Below, piece by piece: positions 17,722 to 28,982 of a DNA stretch of 64,000 bases. This stretch comes from an uncultured bacterium (GTDB lineage: Bacteria; SAR324; NAC60-12), in assembly GCA_965662845.1 (NCBI GenBank), contig CBFIJD010000003.1:387-64386 (forward strand), in the 5' to 3' direction. Under the pieces are notes generated by a model. That model had not been told where the DNA came from. It ran no database searches and saw nothing but the letters and a program-made list of their open reading frames with translations. A program made the position numbers and the translations under genes. Every line of letters starts with the position of its first letter. Position 1 is the stretch's first letter.

Positions 17722-17967
17722 ATGAAAATTTATCTGAAACCCTTCGCCATTTTACGAGAACAGCTGCCCGAATCTGTGAAGGAAACGGAGGTCCAAGAGG
17801 GCTGTACCGCGCAAGATCTGATCGCGCAGCTGCAGACACAGTTTCCCACAGCCGCCGCAGTGTTAGCTTGCACGCGAGTAGCGAGCGCGGAGAGCTATGT
17901 CAGCAAGCACTCAGAGCTAGTCTCAGGCAAAGAGTACGCTTTGATTCCACCCGTCAGTGGTGGGTAG
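17722..17967 (+). CDS. MoaD/ThiS-type ubiquitin-like sulfur-carrier protein (81 aa, C-terminal GG)
   Basis: MKIYLKPFAILREQLPE...GCTAQDLIAQLQTQFP...KEYALIPPVSGG ends in Gly-Gly, with the size and pattern of MoaD. No moaE or thiF is adjacent. Confidence 0.6.
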   Translation: MKIYLKPFAILREQLPESVKETEVQEGCTAQDLIAQLQTQFPTAAAVLACTRVASAESYVSKHSELVSGKEYALIPPVSGG

Positions 17968-18046
17968 ATCGGAGATAGAGAGGAAGGGAGGGAGAGGTTG
18001 TTGGCCGAGCACAAGGCCCGACCATGGCGAGAGATCGGGGAAGTGA

Positions 18047-18442
18047 TCAGCGCTTGGAGAATTGGAAGCTCTTGCGAGCGCCAGGGCGGCCGTATTTCTT
18101 GCGTTCCACTTTGCGGGCGTCGCGAGTGAGGAAGCCTTCTTTCTTGAGCGTGGGTCGGTTCTCTTCGTTGGCTTCGAGCAAGGCGCGGGAGATTCCGTGC
18201 CTTGCCGCGCCGGCTTGTCCTGAGAGCCCGCCGCCGTGCACGTTGATGTAGATGTCAAATTGATCTGTCGCGTCGGTGAGCTCTAGCGGTTGGCGCACCA
18301 CCATGCGCAGGGTGTCACGACCAAAGTATTGCTCGATCGGGCGCTTGTTGACGACGATATTGCCGGTGCCTGGGCGTAAGTATACGCGGGCGACCGAAGA
18401 TTTGCGGCGACCGGTGCCGTAGTATTGGACTGTTGCGTTCAT
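18047..18442 (-). CDS. rpsI: 30S ribosomal protein S9
   Basis: ..[54 protein letters not shown]...[18 protein letters not shown]. Confidence 0.95.
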   Translation of the reverse strand: MNATVQYYGTGRRKSSVARVYLRPGTGNIVVNKRPIEQYFGRDTLRMVVRQPLELTDATDQFDIYINVHGGGLSGQAGAARHGISRALLEANEENRPTLKKEGFLTRDARKVERKKYGRPGARKSFQFSKR

Positions 18443-18443
18443 A

Positions 18444-18887
18444 TTAGACTTCTAGGAGTTGGGGTTGCTGCGCGCTGTGTGGGTGTTCGGGGCCCACATA
18501 CACTTTCAGGCGACGCAACATGTTTCGGTTCAGTGCGTTCTTCGCCATCATTCCTTTGACCGCTTTTTCTACGAGAGCTTCCGGCTTGCGTTCACGCATT
18601 TCGTCCAAGCGCGTCTCTTTGATCCCGCCTGGATAGCCGGTGTGGCGGTAATAGATTTTCTTCATTTCTTTGTTGCCCGTGACCGTGACTTTCTCTGCGT
18701 TCACGATGACCACAAAATCGCCGACGTCTGTGTGTGGCGCGAAGATGGCCTTGTGCTTTCCGCGTAGGCGCCGCGCGACCTCTGTTGCCAAGCGACCGAG
18801 GGTTTTGCCTTCTGCGTCGACGACCCACCAGTTGCGCGGGTAGGTGCCGTTTTCTACGTCTTCTTTGCGTACAAATTGTGTTCTCAT
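18444..18887 (-). CDS. rplM: 50S ribosomal protein L13
   Basis: [76 protein letters not shown].. The start is at the internal Met; the ORF-track start is an N-terminal extension. The gene is 1 bp upstream of rpsI. Confidence 0.93.
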   Translation of the reverse strand: MRTQFVRKEDVENGTYPRNWWVVDAEGKTLGRLATEVARRLRGKHKAIFAPHTDVGDFVVIVNAEKVTVTGNKEMKKIYYRHTGYPGGIKETRLDEMRERKPEALVEKAVKGMMAKNALNRNMLRRLKVYVGPEHPHSAQQPQLLEV

Positions 18888-18985
18888 ACGATTCCTTCGC
18901 ACGTGGGGAGGTTCCCACGCAATTTTTTGCTGCTCAATTGGAAAATCGGTAAGAATAGGTAAGTCGTGGTGGGATTGCAAGAAAT

Positions 18986-20428
18986 TTATGCGTCTTTCGC
19001 AGGCTCTTCTATCGGCTTGGCGCCAATGACGATGTTGCGGCCGGCTTCTTTTCCTCGATACAGACATTCATCGGCGCGTTTCAACAAGTCTTCCACGTTG
19101 TCGGCGTCGTCTGGATACGTAGACACCCCGAACGTAGCGGTCAAGTTGCCCAGCGGCTGCTGTTCTTGATATGGCACCACCTCTTCCTCGACGGTTTGGC
19201 GCAGTTTGGAGGCGATGTTCATTGCGGCTTGCTTGTCACACTTGGGCAAGATGACCACAAATTCTTCGCCGCCATAACGCGCGGCCAGATCGCCTCGGCG
19301 CACGCTCTTCTTGAAGATGCCTGCGATCGTGGCCAGCACCACATCTCCCATCTGGTGGCCGTGGGTGTCGTTGTAAAACTTAAAATTGTCGACATCGGCG
19401 ATGACCAATGAGAACGGCTGCTTTTCTTCGGGATAGAGCGTCACGAGGGCGTCTAGGAACTCTTCCATCCTGCGGCGGTTCGCCAAGTTGGTGAGTCGGT
19501 CTGTGTCTGCGGCGTGCTCCACCTGCTCCAACTCTTTCTCACGATAGTAGGAGACCTTGAAGGCCGAGAGCCGGTGCTTGAGATCAAAAGAGGAGTAAGG
19601 CTTGCCGAGGAAGTCTTGTACGCCGATGCTCGCCAGCATTTCGCGGTTGCTCTCGTCATTACACCACGCGCTGATGGCCAACACCGAACAACCGTGGACT
19701 CCCAGCGCTTCGCCCAGCGTATTCAACAAGTCATCATCTGAGGCAAAGCTGTGGTTATACAGCGGGTCAATGATGATGAGGTTGAACTTGTGCTGTAGTG
19801 GGTTGTCGATGAATTCTTGCGGGCTGGTATATTCCACTACATTCATCTCTGTCCACAAGGTGCTGAGGGCCCCACGGATGACACGGCGCTCCATGCTGTT
19901 CACGTCTACAATTGCAATCTTAGGCGGCTCCATCGTCGTGTTTGTGCGCACCGTCTTGCGCAGCATTGACTGCGCCGTCGTGATGCGCAGCTTCTCGGCT
20001 AAGATGTGTGCGAAGGTCAGATACACCACCGAGACATGCGTCGCGTCGTCGGTGACTTGAAACATCTCATACGGGAACACGATCACCTTGGAATCCACCT
20101 CTGCGATCACATCCGCGGCTCGGGGTTCTGGGGAGATGATCGACAGCTCGCCGACCACGTCTCCCGGGGATTCCAAACGTAAGATGAACTCGCCTTGCGA
20201 CATCACAACCAGCGCACCTTCTAAGAGGATGTACATCTCTGGCGGCGTGGTGTCTCCCTCACGAATCAAGTGGTCGTCCTGCTTCAACTGCACCAGCGCA
20301 CCTTGGCGCAACATCTCCAAAAGCAAATTCGGGTGAATCTTACGAAAGTAGCGGCGAGTCTTGATGGCTTCGGCAAATTTATGCAGCTGCGCGTGATCTT
20401 CGCGACGTGAAAGGGGCGTTCGATTCAT
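18986..20428 (-). CDS. Signalling protein: cyclic-nucleotide-binding domain, a receiver-like domain and a GGDEF diguanylate cyclase
   Basis: The N-terminus has a cNMP-binding beta-roll (..[37 protein letters not shown]..). The C-terminal GGDEF domain is ..[10 protein letters not shown]...[21 protein letters not shown]...[12 protein letters not shown].. The middle looks receiver-like, but I saw no clear phospho-Asp motif. Confidence 0.8.
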   Translation of the reverse strand: MNRTPLSRREDHAQLHKFAEAIKTRRYFRKIHPNLLLEMLRQGALVQLKQDDHLIREGDTTPPEMYILLEGALVVMSQGEFILRLESPGDVVGELSIISPEPRAADVIAEVDSKVIVFPYEMFQVTDDATHVSVVYLTFAHILAEKLRITTAQSMLRKTVRTNTTMEPPKIAIVDVNSMERRVIRGALSTLWTEMNVVEYTSPQEFIDNPLQHKFNLIIIDPLYNHSFASDDDLLNTLGEALGVHGCSVLAISAWCNDESNREMLASIGVQDFLGKPYSSFDLKHRLSAFKVSYYREKELEQVEHAADTDRLTNLANRRRMEEFLDALVTLYPEEKQPFSLVIADVDNFKFYNDTHGHQMGDVVLATIAGIFKKSVRRGDLAARYGGEEFVVILPKCDKQAAMNIASKLRQTVEEEVVPYQEQQPLGNLTATFGVSTYPDDADNVEDLLKRADECLYRGKEAGRNIVIGAKPIEEPAKDA

Positions 20429-20532
20429 GAAATTCTCTTGAAAAATCAGGACGGGTTTTACAAGGGGATGAAAATCGGCAAGACTATGCCACGATTTATT
20501 GGCAATCGCAAACCCTTGAAAGGACCCGATTC

Positions 20533-21309
20533 ATGCTCTCCACCTTTGGGCTTTTGCTCGCTCCTGGCATGCTCTGGGGCTGGTTGTTTTACCGCCTGCA
20601 TCGCTACCAAAAACCAGACTTGCGCCGGCTAGCGGCCTTGTTTTTGGGCGGAATGTTGTGCGGGCTGGTCGCTTTACTGCTCAATCACTCCGTGGAGAAG
20701 TATAGCGCTTTTTGGCCCGGTGCAACCGAGACCATCAACCTTGGAGGGACCGAGTTTCCTTTTTACAAGTCTGGTTTTTGGATGATGGTAGGGTTCAACG
20801 AAGAGACCGCCAAAATGCTGGTGTTGCTGCTGGTCAGCTATCCCTCGAAAAAAATCCGCGAACCCTTTGATGGCATCTTGCACGGCGCTGTCGTCGCGCT
20901 GGGGTTCGCCACGCTAGAGAACATGTTTTACATGCAGCAGTACGGCCTCCAAGTGGTGGTCGTCCGCGCCGTCGTCACCGTGCCTGCACACGCCTTTATG
21001 ACCGTCCCGCTCGGTTATTTCGTAGCCGTTGCGCGGTTGCGCTGGGAACAAGGCGCTGACAATGCCTCGGTAGTGCGGTTGTTGCTGGCCGGTTGGCTCA
21101 TCGCTTCCGTCTTTCATGGCACTTACGACCTGTGGCTCTCGTATGGCGCGACCGAGTGGGCCTATGCACAAATTGCGACTATGGGGCTCTGGGGCGTCTG
21201 GCTCAGCATCACCAACTGGAAGCACTCCGTTTACCTCCCGGAGAGCCACCGCGACCATCAGAAGAGCCCGATGTTACGCTTCCTCTTGCGTCGTCGGACT
21301 GGCACCTGA
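20533..21309 (+). CDS. PrsW-family intramembrane metalloprotease
   Basis: A multi-TM protein with the PrsW motifs EE..K (..GFNEETAKML..), FATLEN (..ALGFATLENMFY..) and H..YD (..VFHGTYDLWL..). Confidence 0.7.
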   Translation: MLSTFGLLLAPGMLWGWLFYRLHRYQKPDLRRLAALFLGGMLCGLVALLLNHSVEKYSAFWPGATETINLGGTEFPFYKSGFWMMVGFNEETAKMLVLLLVSYPSKKIREPFDGILHGAVVALGFATLENMFYMQQYGLQVVVVRAVVTVPAHAFMTVPLGYFVAVARLRWEQGADNASVVRLLLAGWLIASVFHGTYDLWLSYGATEWAYAQIATMGLWGVWLSITNWKHSVYLPESHRDHQKSPMLRFLLRRRTGT

Positions 21310-22101
21310 TGCAGAAGCTGGCTTGGGGAACCAAGGGAAAAACGCGTTCGTGCGTGCCACATAGTCGCGATATTGGGGCTTGGACTCCACCAAGGTCTTC
21401 TCCAACAGCATGACGCCCGAGACGCGGATGATCAGCGCTGTCATCAGCAACGGTGTGAGCGCCGGCCAATAGCTGCCGCTCGCCAGACACAAAAATCCGT
21501 AGCCCCACCAAACCGCCGAGTCTCCAAAATAATTAGGGTGGCGTGTGTAGCGCCAAAATCCTTGATCCAGTACTTTCCCTTTGTTCGCTGGATCGGCTTT
21601 GAAACGCGCTAGTTGCCAGTCGCCACCAGCCTCGAACACAAAGCCAACGCCCCAACAGAGCAACCCCAGCAAGTCGAAGAAGCCAAACTCGGGGGCCGTC
21701 GGCCCATACCAGTGAACCGCGAGCAACGGCGCAGAGATCAACCAGATGAGCACTCCTTGCAGCAAAAACACCTGAAAAAAACTCACCCACCAGTAGCGTT
21801 CCGGGCCATAACTCCGGCGGAACTCTTGATAGCGGAAGTCCTCGCCTTTGCCGTGATTGCGCCACGCGATATAGATCGACAGCCGCAGCCCCCAGAGGGT
21901 CACTAACCAGACCAAGAGACTGCCACGATAGCTGTCTGTGGGAGCCATCCACTCATACCACCAAGCACAAATCACGAAGCCCGTGCCCCAACACCAATCC
22001 ACAATGCTGACATTCGTCCAGCGCACGCTGAGTCCCCACATCAGGCTCATGCCCAACATCACAATCCCAAGGGCTTGCAGCCAGACTTCCCAAAACGCCA
22101 T
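21274..22101 (-). CDS. DUF1295 / steroid-5-alpha-reductase-like membrane protein
   Basis: A multi-TM protein. ..GFWRYTRHPNYFGDSAVWWGYGFL.. matches the DUF1295 / isoprenylcysteine-methyltransferase-like C-terminal signature. Confidence 0.65.
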   Translation of the reverse strand: MAFWEVWLQALGIVMLGMSLMWGLSVRWTNVSIVDWCWGTGFVICAWWYEWMAPTDSYRGSLLVWLVTLWGLRLSIYIAWRNHGKGEDFRYQEFRRSYGPERYWWVSFFQVFLLQGVLIWLISAPLLAVHWYGPTAPEFGFFDLLGLLCWGVGFVFEAGGDWQLARFKADPANKGKVLDQGFWRYTRHPNYFGDSAVWWGYGFLCLASGSYWPALTPLLMTALIIRVSGVMLLEKTLVESKPQYRDYVARTNAFFPWFPKPASASGASPTTQEEA

Positions 22102-22125
22102 GCTCCCTCTCTCTGTCAGGTTACG

Positions 22126-22767
22126 TTACACTAGCGGCACAAACGCATAAGTCCCGTGCCGCGTCACACGTCGCTCTCCCTCAGCCAACTTCTCCGCACG
22201 TGTCATCGTGCATGAATAGGGATCGCCAATCGGCACCACCAAGACTCCTCCCTCTCGCAGCTGCCCCCATAGTTCACTAGGAAATTGTCCTGCCGCTGCG
22301 GTCACAATCACGCGATCAAAGGGGGCCTTATCCGACGCGCCGCCTTTTCCATCGCTGTGGCGCACTTCAACATTTTCAAGCTGTGCTTGTGCCAGGTTGC
22401 GTCGAGCTAAGTCGACTAATTCGGGGCGACACTCCAGCGTCACCACTTCCGCACAGAGCTGTCCTAACAGCGCCGCGTTGTATCCACTCCCAGCTCCCAC
22501 TTCGAGCACTCGGTGTGATGGTTCGAGCTCTAGCAAACTCAGCATCTTCATCACGGTGGTCGGCTGCGAGATCGTCTGGTTCAGACCGATTGGGAGAGGG
22601 TAGTCCATATACGCATTCTCCCGATGCGTCGCGCTCACAAAGTCTTCACGACGCACGTTCAAGAAGGCTTGGAGCAGCCGTTCGTCTTCAATCACACTGG
22701 TGTCGTTCCAAAATTGCTGCAATTGCAGTTTGGCCTCTGCCAGTGAATTTTGCTCTCGATCTTTCAT
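22126..22767 (-). CDS. pcm: Protein-L-isoaspartate O-methyltransferase
   Basis: ..GLNQTISQPTTVMKMLSLLEL..RVLEVGAGSGYNAALLGQL..VVTLECRPEL.....RVIVTAAAGQFPSELWGQLREGGVLVVPIGD.. Confidence 0.9.
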   Translation of the reverse strand: MKDREQNSLAEAKLQLQQFWNDTSVIEDERLLQAFLNVRREDFVSATHRENAYMDYPLPIGLNQTISQPTTVMKMLSLLELEPSHRVLEVGAGSGYNAALLGQLCAEVVTLECRPELVDLARRNLAQAQLENVEVRHSDGKGGASDKAPFDRVIVTAAAGQFPSELWGQLREGGVLVVPIGDPYSCTMTRAEKLAEGERRVTRHGTYAFVPLV

Positions 22768-22849
22768 AAGGGTTCCGTCAAACAGATGGGCTTTGGTCGG
22801 GAGAGAAACCTCCTCGGCGTTTACTGATCCTTGCTACCCATTTCAGGAT

Positions 22850-23647
22850 ATGAAGTCATCACGATGGTCGCTAAGTTTTCTACTGGTCGGGATCGGGTTC
22901 TTGTACCTGCCAATGTTGATTTTGATGATTTACTCATTCAACGAGTCAAGGCTGGTCACCGTGTGGGCGGGGTTTTCCACAAAATGGTATAGCGAATTGT
23001 TACAAGATCAACAGATTTTGCAGGCCGCGTGGAACAGTTTGCAGGTCGCTTCCCTGTCAGCGTCGGCGGCTACCCTGCTTGGTTTGATCGCGGCGCAGGT
23101 GCTCACACGAGTAGGAAATTTTCGCGGGCAGACCACTTTTGCGGCCATGATCACGGCTCCGTTGGTGATGCCGGAAGTGATCACAGGGCTCTCGTTATTG
23201 TTGCTTTTTGTCTCAATGGAACAGTGGCTGGGGTGGCCCGAGGGGCGTGGCATGTTGACCATTTGGATCGCCCACACCACCGTGGGCATGGCCTTCGCGA
23301 CGATCATTTTGGCGGCGCGCTTGCGAGAAGTGGATCCTACGCTAGAAGAAGCCGCGCTAGACTTGGGGACGCCTCCACGCAAAGTCTTCTTCTTGATCAC
23401 TTTGCCTCTGATTATGCCCGCGATTGTCGCCTCTTGGTTGCTGAGCTTCACGATCTCTCTGGACGACTTAGTCATCGCGAGCTTTGTCTCTGGCCCAGGC
23501 TCTACGACCTTGCCCATGAAGGTCTTCTCTAGCGTGCGCCTAGGCGTCAGCCCTGAAATCAACGCGCTGGCAGTGATCATCATCTTCATCGTGACCTGTG
23601 GCGTCACGATCTTCGCCTATCTCAACCGAAAGCAAGCTCACACCTAG
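22850..23647 (+). CDS. potC: ABC transporter permease, spermidine/putrescine PotC-like, apparently orphan
   Basis: It has six TM segments and the EAA-loop region ..LEEAALDLGTPPRKVFFLITLPLIMPAIVASWLLSFTIS.. typical of PotC/PotI. No ATPase, second permease or substrate-binding gene is adjacent. Confidence 0.8.
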   Translation: MKSSRWSLSFLLVGIGFLYLPMLILMIYSFNESRLVTVWAGFSTKWYSELLQDQQILQAAWNSLQVASLSASAATLLGLIAAQVLTRVGNFRGQTTFAAMITAPLVMPEVITGLSLLLLFVSMEQWLGWPEGRGMLTIWIAHTTVGMAFATIILAARLREVDPTLEEAALDLGTPPRKVFFLITLPLIMPAIVASWLLSFTISLDDLVIASFVSGPGSTTLPMKVFSSVRLGVSPEINALAVIIIFIVTCGVTIFAYLNRKQAHT

Positions 23648-24081
23648 CGGCCAGAGCTTCCAAACCCACCGGCGCCACGCGCCGTCTCTTCCAAGCCTTG
23701 GACGACCTCCACTTCGCAGGGCTCCAAACGCCGCAATAGCAGCTGGGCGATCCGCGTCCCAACTAACTCCTGCGCCGCGCGCGCGCCGTCGCCCTCACCT
23801 AGATAGCGCAGCGCCACCAAGATCTTACCGCGATAGTCGGGATCAATAATGCCAACGCTGTTCGCCATGATGAAATCCGTCTTGGCAATACTCGAGCGCG
23901 GCACAACCTCAACGTAAAATCCCTCCGGTGGCTGCACGGAGACCCCCGTATCAAACACAAAACGACGCTCGGTCTTCGCTTCGACTCGCAGCGCCGTCAA
24001 ATCAAGCCCGACGTCCGAAGCGTGCGCTCGCGTGGGCGCCGTCATCTCGGAATAGTGCAGCTGAATTTGCAGTTTTTGCAT
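23644..24081 (-). CDS. dut: dUTP diphosphatase
   Basis: ..RAHASDVGLDLTA...FVFDTGVSVQPPEGFYVEVVPRSS...NSVGIIDPDYRG..GAGGFGSSG. Confidence 0.9.
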   Translation of the reverse strand: MQKLQIQLHYSEMTAPTRAHASDVGLDLTALRVEAKTERRFVFDTGVSVQPPEGFYVEVVPRSSIAKTDFIMANSVGIIDPDYRGKILVALRYLGEGDGARAAQELVGTRIAQLLLRRLEPCEVEVVQGLEETARGAGGFGSSGR

Positions 24082-24085
24082 AATT

Positions 24086-24595
24086 TCACAGAAAAAGTGG
24101 ACAGAGGGTATACGTTCGTGGTGAGAGCCTCGCGTTGGGTTGCACTTTCACTTGAACGCAAGATTGCGGAGGACTCTCTGGAAGTTGCCTTCCTTGCCCC
24201 TGCTGAAACTCCAACGAGTGCAGCCCTGTAATCAGCGGCTGGAAGCTCCCCCTTCCCGAGCGACGTCGCAGCGTCCCATCCGCATCAAAACGATAGCCGA
24301 TCTCCTCCCGCGTGTCGTTGAGGTCGGCATCTAAGTTCAAATCCACGCGCAGTGTCAGCTCGGTCGGTTCGACGAGCACAGGCGCTGGGCTGGGTCCTAG
24401 GCCATAGCCCGACTGCACAACCTCGGTTTTGAGCATCAGCAGAAACCGGTCGATTTGCCGCTGCTGCTCTGCGTTAGAGAGTTGGCCTTCTAGCTGGTCA
24501 ACGGTGCTGAGGAAAGGAGTTTGCGCAAGCGCGAGGAAGGCGCCACCGATCACAGTGGCGAAGAGCAGCTCTAGCAGACTGAAACCGCGTTTCAC
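24086..24595 (-). CDS. Prepilin-type N-terminal cleavage/methylation domain protein (minor pilin or pseudopilin)
   Basis: MKRGFSLLELLFATVIGGAFLALA is the type IV pilin N-terminal class III signal. It is 4 bp from the dut stop. Confidence 0.65.
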   Translation of the reverse strand: MKRGFSLLELLFATVIGGAFLALAQTPFLSTVDQLEGQLSNAEQQRQIDRFLLMLKTEVVQSGYGLGPSPAPVLVEPTELTLRVDLNLDADLNDTREEIGYRFDADGTLRRRSGRGSFQPLITGLHSLEFQQGQGRQLPESPPQSCVQVKVQPNARLSPRTYTLCPLFL

Positions 24596-24828
24596 TTGGG
24601 GGTGAGGGTTTGGAGCGAGTCAATGGCGTGTACGGGAGCCGTCTCGCCCGCCATGAGCTCGGTGAGGGCTCCATACACCATCCGTTGCTTGGCGAGGGTT
24701 CCTTTGCCTTCAAACGCAGCGGATGTGACGACGAGCGAGAAGTGGCCTCCGCCACCTGCGACTTCGACGGTGGCGTCTGGAATCGCGGTTTCGACGGCTT
24801 GTTGAATTTGATTGCAGAGTTCAGCGCT
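24592..24828 (-). CDS. bolA: BolA family protein
   Basis: MSAELCNQIQQAVETAIPDATVEVAGGGGHFSLVVTSAAFEGKGTLAKQRMVYGALTELMAGETAPVHAIDSL. The start is the internal Met. Confidence 0.8.
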   Translation of the reverse strand, partial: SAELCNQIQQAVETAIPDATVEVAGGGGHFSLVVTSAAFEGKGTLAKQRMVYGALTELMAGETAPVHAIDSLQTLTPK

Positions 24829-24836
24829 CATAGCTC

Positions 24837-25202
24837 TCACCAAGTGGGTTGAAAAACATTTTCTTGTGCTGACGGCTCGAACATAAATGAAGTCTTGCAA
24901 CCGCAAGAGGCTTTCGCCGAAGGGTTGTTAAACTTCAAACCGCGATCCATCAAGTTATAGCTCCAGTCAATCTCTGTGTCTTTGATGTAGAGATGGCTCT
25001 TTTTATCGACCAAGACTTTGAGCCCGTGCGATTCAAACTCTAGATCAAAGCGAGTTTTGCGGCTGTCGAAATCAAACGTATATGTGAACCCCGAGCACCC
25101 GCCGCCTTTGACGCCAACTCGAATACAAACGTCATTGCTGAGGGCTTGCGACTCCATAATTTTACGGATCTCTTTCGCGGCATTTTCTGTAAGGCTGATC
25201 AT
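24837..25202 (-). CDS. erpA: Iron-sulfur cluster insertion protein (HesB/IscA/ErpA family)
   Basis: MISLTENAAKEIRKIM...VGVKGGGCSGFTYTFDFD...ASCGCKTSF is a HesB fold with three conserved Cys. AGGAGG precedes the ATG at 25202. Confidence 0.85.
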   Translation of the reverse strand: MISLTENAAKEIRKIMESQALSNDVCIRVGVKGGGCSGFTYTFDFDSRKTRFDLEFESHGLKVLVDKKSHLYIKDTEIDWSYNLMDRGLKFNNPSAKASCGCKTSFMFEPSAQENVFQPTW

Positions 25203-25209
25203 GTGCCTC

Positions 25210-25617
25210 CTAATGTCCTTCGCTAACAAGGTTACGGTTCCAATCGGGAATCTCCACCACGATCTCGCTGCTGCCATTGGGAACACACTGGCAAGCCAGG
25301 CGCGAGTTCGCTTGTAATCCAGGGGCCATATCGAGCATGTCTTCTTCGTCTTCGGTGGCTTCGTTACAGCTGTCCATCCCCGCCACCACGCGCACGTGAC
25401 AAGTCGAGCACGCGCACACTCCGCCACACGAGTGGTCCATATCAAGCCCAGCTTCAAGCGCCACACTCAGCAAAGACCCAGGTAGACCATCATGCGCGTA
25501 TGGGAGTTTGTCTGGGTCTACCTCAACGGTCTCGCCACTCGGTTGAAAAGTGACTTTGTATCGTTGCTGCGGCAGTTGAAAATCAGGCTGTTGAATGTAG
25601 GGATTGACTCCTGACAT
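25210..25617 (-). CDS. fdx: 2Fe-2S ferredoxin (ISC/adrenodoxin type)
   Basis: ..VTFQPSGETVEVD....HSCGGVCACSTCHVRVV...LACQCV.. shows the Cys pattern of Fdx. Confidence 0.85.
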   Translation of the reverse strand: MSGVNPYIQQPDFQLPQQRYKVTFQPSGETVEVDPDKLPYAHDGLPGSLLSVALEAGLDMDHSCGGVCACSTCHVRVVAGMDSCNEATEDEEDMLDMAPGLQANSRLACQCVPNGSSEIVVEIPDWNRNLVSEGH

Positions 25618-25697
25618 ACCGGAAACTCCTGGTTGAGGTGAATTCGTACCAAAACGGTACCAAAGGCGGTTGAGATTGTCTATGCGGTAGGTCGAGT

Positions 25698-26663
25698 TCA
25701 GTTTACGGAGGCTAATGAGAAGGTCCGATCCATCACGGGCTGCTTGTCCTGATCCCACGCCACCACGCGCACGACGCCGTTCGGGCTCCACTCTGGGAGG
25801 CGCTCGCTGACATTTTTGAAGTTACGGATGGAGTAAGTCTCGGTTGCGCGCTCCTGATATGGCATCTCTTTGCTCGCTTCATTGGCAGACAACAAATAGA
25901 CCCCCAAGTGCCCTCGCTGGCGACTCTCACTCTGGTTGCGCAATTTGAAGCGCACCTCCAGCCCGTTGCCACGGGGCACTAGCTGCAACGCTTCCACATC
26001 CACAGGGAACGGCTGCGGAGGCAGCTCAGGTTGCGGCGCTGGCGTTGCGGCGCTGCTCGGCTTCGCCACGGCTAAGACCGCAGCGGCTTCAGCCTGTTGG
26101 GCTTGCAGTTGCGTCAATTCAGTCTGAAGCGCCGCGAGGCGCTCCTCTTTCGCTTCGAGGGCGAGCTGCAACTCGGCGCGTTGCACCTCCAAGCGGTGGT
26201 GGCTCTCTGCCAGCGATTCAATGCGTTTCTCTGCGTTGTTCTGCTGATATTGCAGCTGCAGCAGCTCTTCTTGCTTGGCTCGGTTGTCGGTTTGCAGTTG
26301 CGTCAGCTTCTGCTGTTGGTCTTCCAGCGTCTCTTGCTGGCGTTGATTTTTGCGCAGCAGCTCTTCCACCGACGGCCCGGCGTACATCGCCTCTTGCATC
26401 GCGATGGTGCTGCGGTCAACTACTCGCTGGCGCAAATCTTCAATCACCGTCCGCATCTTCTCGGTGCGGTGCGTCTCGTTTTGATACTTTTCTTGCAGCT
26501 CACCCACCACCTGCAGGTGATAAATGCTCTGGTACAACAGCGCACCTGTTAGGCCCAGCAACAGAAAGATCACCGAGCCGATGAGGAGTTGGAGCGAGCG
26601 CGCCCGAAACTGCCACGTGCGGCTGGTTCCGACGATGTAAATCGACGTCTCTAGTTTGCTCAT
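25698..26663 (-). CDS. Membrane-anchored coiled-coil protein of unknown function, in the gene position normally occupied by mreC
   Basis: It has an N-terminal TM segment (..LLIGSVIFLLLGLTGALLY..), a long Gln/Glu/Leu coiled coil, a Pro-rich linker and a C-terminal domain of about 100 aa. I found no MreC motifs. Confidence 0.45.
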   Translation of the reverse strand: MSKLETSIYIVGTSRTWQFRARSLQLLIGSVIFLLLGLTGALLYQSIYHLQVVGELQEKYQNETHRTEKMRTVIEDLRQRVVDRSTIAMQEAMYAGPSVEELLRKNQRQQETLEDQQQKLTQLQTDNRAKQEELLQLQYQQNNAEKRIESLAESHHRLEVQRAELQLALEAKEERLAALQTELTQLQAQQAEAAAVLAVAKPSSAATPAPQPELPPQPFPVDVEALQLVPRGNGLEVRFKLRNQSESRQRGHLGVYLLSANEASKEMPYQERATETYSIRNFKNVSERLPEWSPNGVVRVVAWDQDKQPVMDRTFSLASVN

Positions 26664-26690
26664 AAGCGGCTATGCAAAGCAGGCAAAAGG

Positions 26691-27734
<1,044 letters not shown>

Positions 27735-27798
27735 GCAATTCTCGTCGAGGCGGCTGCGTCACGCGCAGAATGAAAGGAAAGGGAGCGAGGAGGGCAGG

Positions 27799-28029
27799 TT
27801 AGTTAGACTTTTGCACAATTTTTTCACGCCGCACAATACGACCACGGGTCAAGTCATACGCTGAGAGTTCGATGGTGACTTCGTCACCCGGCAAGACGCG
27901 GATTTTGTGCATTTTCATTTTTCCGGAGAGATGCCCAATCACAACGTGATCGTTTTCGAGTTGCACCCGAAAGATGCCGTTTGAAGAATCCACCACGATT
28001 CCTTTAAGTTCTAATTTGTCGTCGCTCAA
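27799..28029 (-). CDS. infA: Translation initiation factor IF-1
   Basis: ..LELKGIVVDSSNGIFRVQLENDHVVIGHLSGKMKMHKIRVLPGDEVTIELSAYDLTRGRIVRR.. Confidence 0.95.
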   Translation of the reverse strand: MSDDKLELKGIVVDSSNGIFRVQLENDHVVIGHLSGKMKMHKIRVLPGDEVTIELSAYDLTRGRIVRREKIVQKSN

Positions 28030-28241
28030 ATGCCTCCTAATTTTGGAGTTGTCAGTTCATTGCCAGAGACCACCGCCACTCAACAACGAAGAGAGTTTAC
28101 AGCGCCACAGCTAGTAGCGCCATGTAGATAAACACATCAAAATAGCGGTTTGTCTGGTTTTCTTCAAGGCACTTTGCTTGTTTTGCCTATTTTCTTGAGT
28201 CAGCCCCCCTCTGACCTTCACCTCTCGCACAGGATCGTACC

Positions 28242-28982
28242 ATGTTGCGTAGTCACCGCTTGCAAGGCCCACTCTTTCACCCACAGCAGGATCGTCAATT
28301 ACCTCCCCCCATTGCACAGCTGCTGCAGCTATGCCAACAGCTGTATCAAAACGGCTTCTTCTTTGAGGACGCGACCAGCACAGAGCTGCAACAGTCGGGG
28401 CAGATCCTGCGACGCTTCTTTGGCATGAACCCAGCCTGGTGGCTCCAACTTGCCCCGCGTCCGCGTTTGCAGCAGTTCCTGCAATACATCTCCAAGTTTC
28501 AGTGGGACTCTGCCACCCAGCAGGAGCGGCTGCTGCGCAAAATTCGGCGCACGTTTCAGCAGCTCAATCAAGGAGCGCATCAGCACCAGAACCTCCGCCG
28601 CAATGTGATGCAGGTCGTGCAAGGACAATCCTCAATGCCGCTCGCCGATTTCCTAATTTTCTTGGAGGCTTATTATCGCATGGTCTTGCGCGGAGAGACT
28701 CTTGCGCGGCCACAGCCGCAAGCAGCTCCACCGCCAGAGCTGGAAGATGGCGAGCTGCCGCCAGGCGACAAGAAATACTCCATCCAAGAAGTCCTCTCGA
28801 TGCGCAAACAAGTGGAAGAGCGCCTAGGACAACGCGCCTTTGTCAAAGCAGTCGTCACGAAAATCGCCAAGAAACGCGGCCTGCCAGAAGACGACTTTTT
28901 GCACCCGAAGACGCAACGTCAGATCTTCCAAGAGTCTTCCAAGCCCCTCAATTTGCCTGACCCCGATGAGTGGGTAGAGTGA
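28242..28982 (+). CDS. Hypothetical Gln-rich protein
   Basis: A 246-aa ORF with coding-like composition, set divergently from infA. I recognised no family. Confidence 0.4.
   Translation: MLRSHRLQGPLFHPQQDRQLPPPIAQLLQLCQQLYQNGFFFEDATSTELQQSGQILRRFFGMNPAWWLQLAPRPRLQQFLQYISKFQWDSATQQERLLRKIRRTFQQLNQGAHQHQNLRRNVMQVVQGQSSMPLADFLIFLEAYYRMVLRGETLARPQPQAAPPPELEDGELPPGDKKYSIQEVLSMRKQVEERLGQRAFVKAVVTKIAKKRGLPEDDFLHPKTQRQIFQESSKPLNLPDPDEWVE

Noticed and set aside
25698-26663. Calling this gene mreC on positional grounds
   Set aside because: It has none of the MreC C-terminal beta-domain motifs. Its coiled coil is much longer and Gln-rich. I kept it as a hypothetical protein and flagged it as a finding instead.
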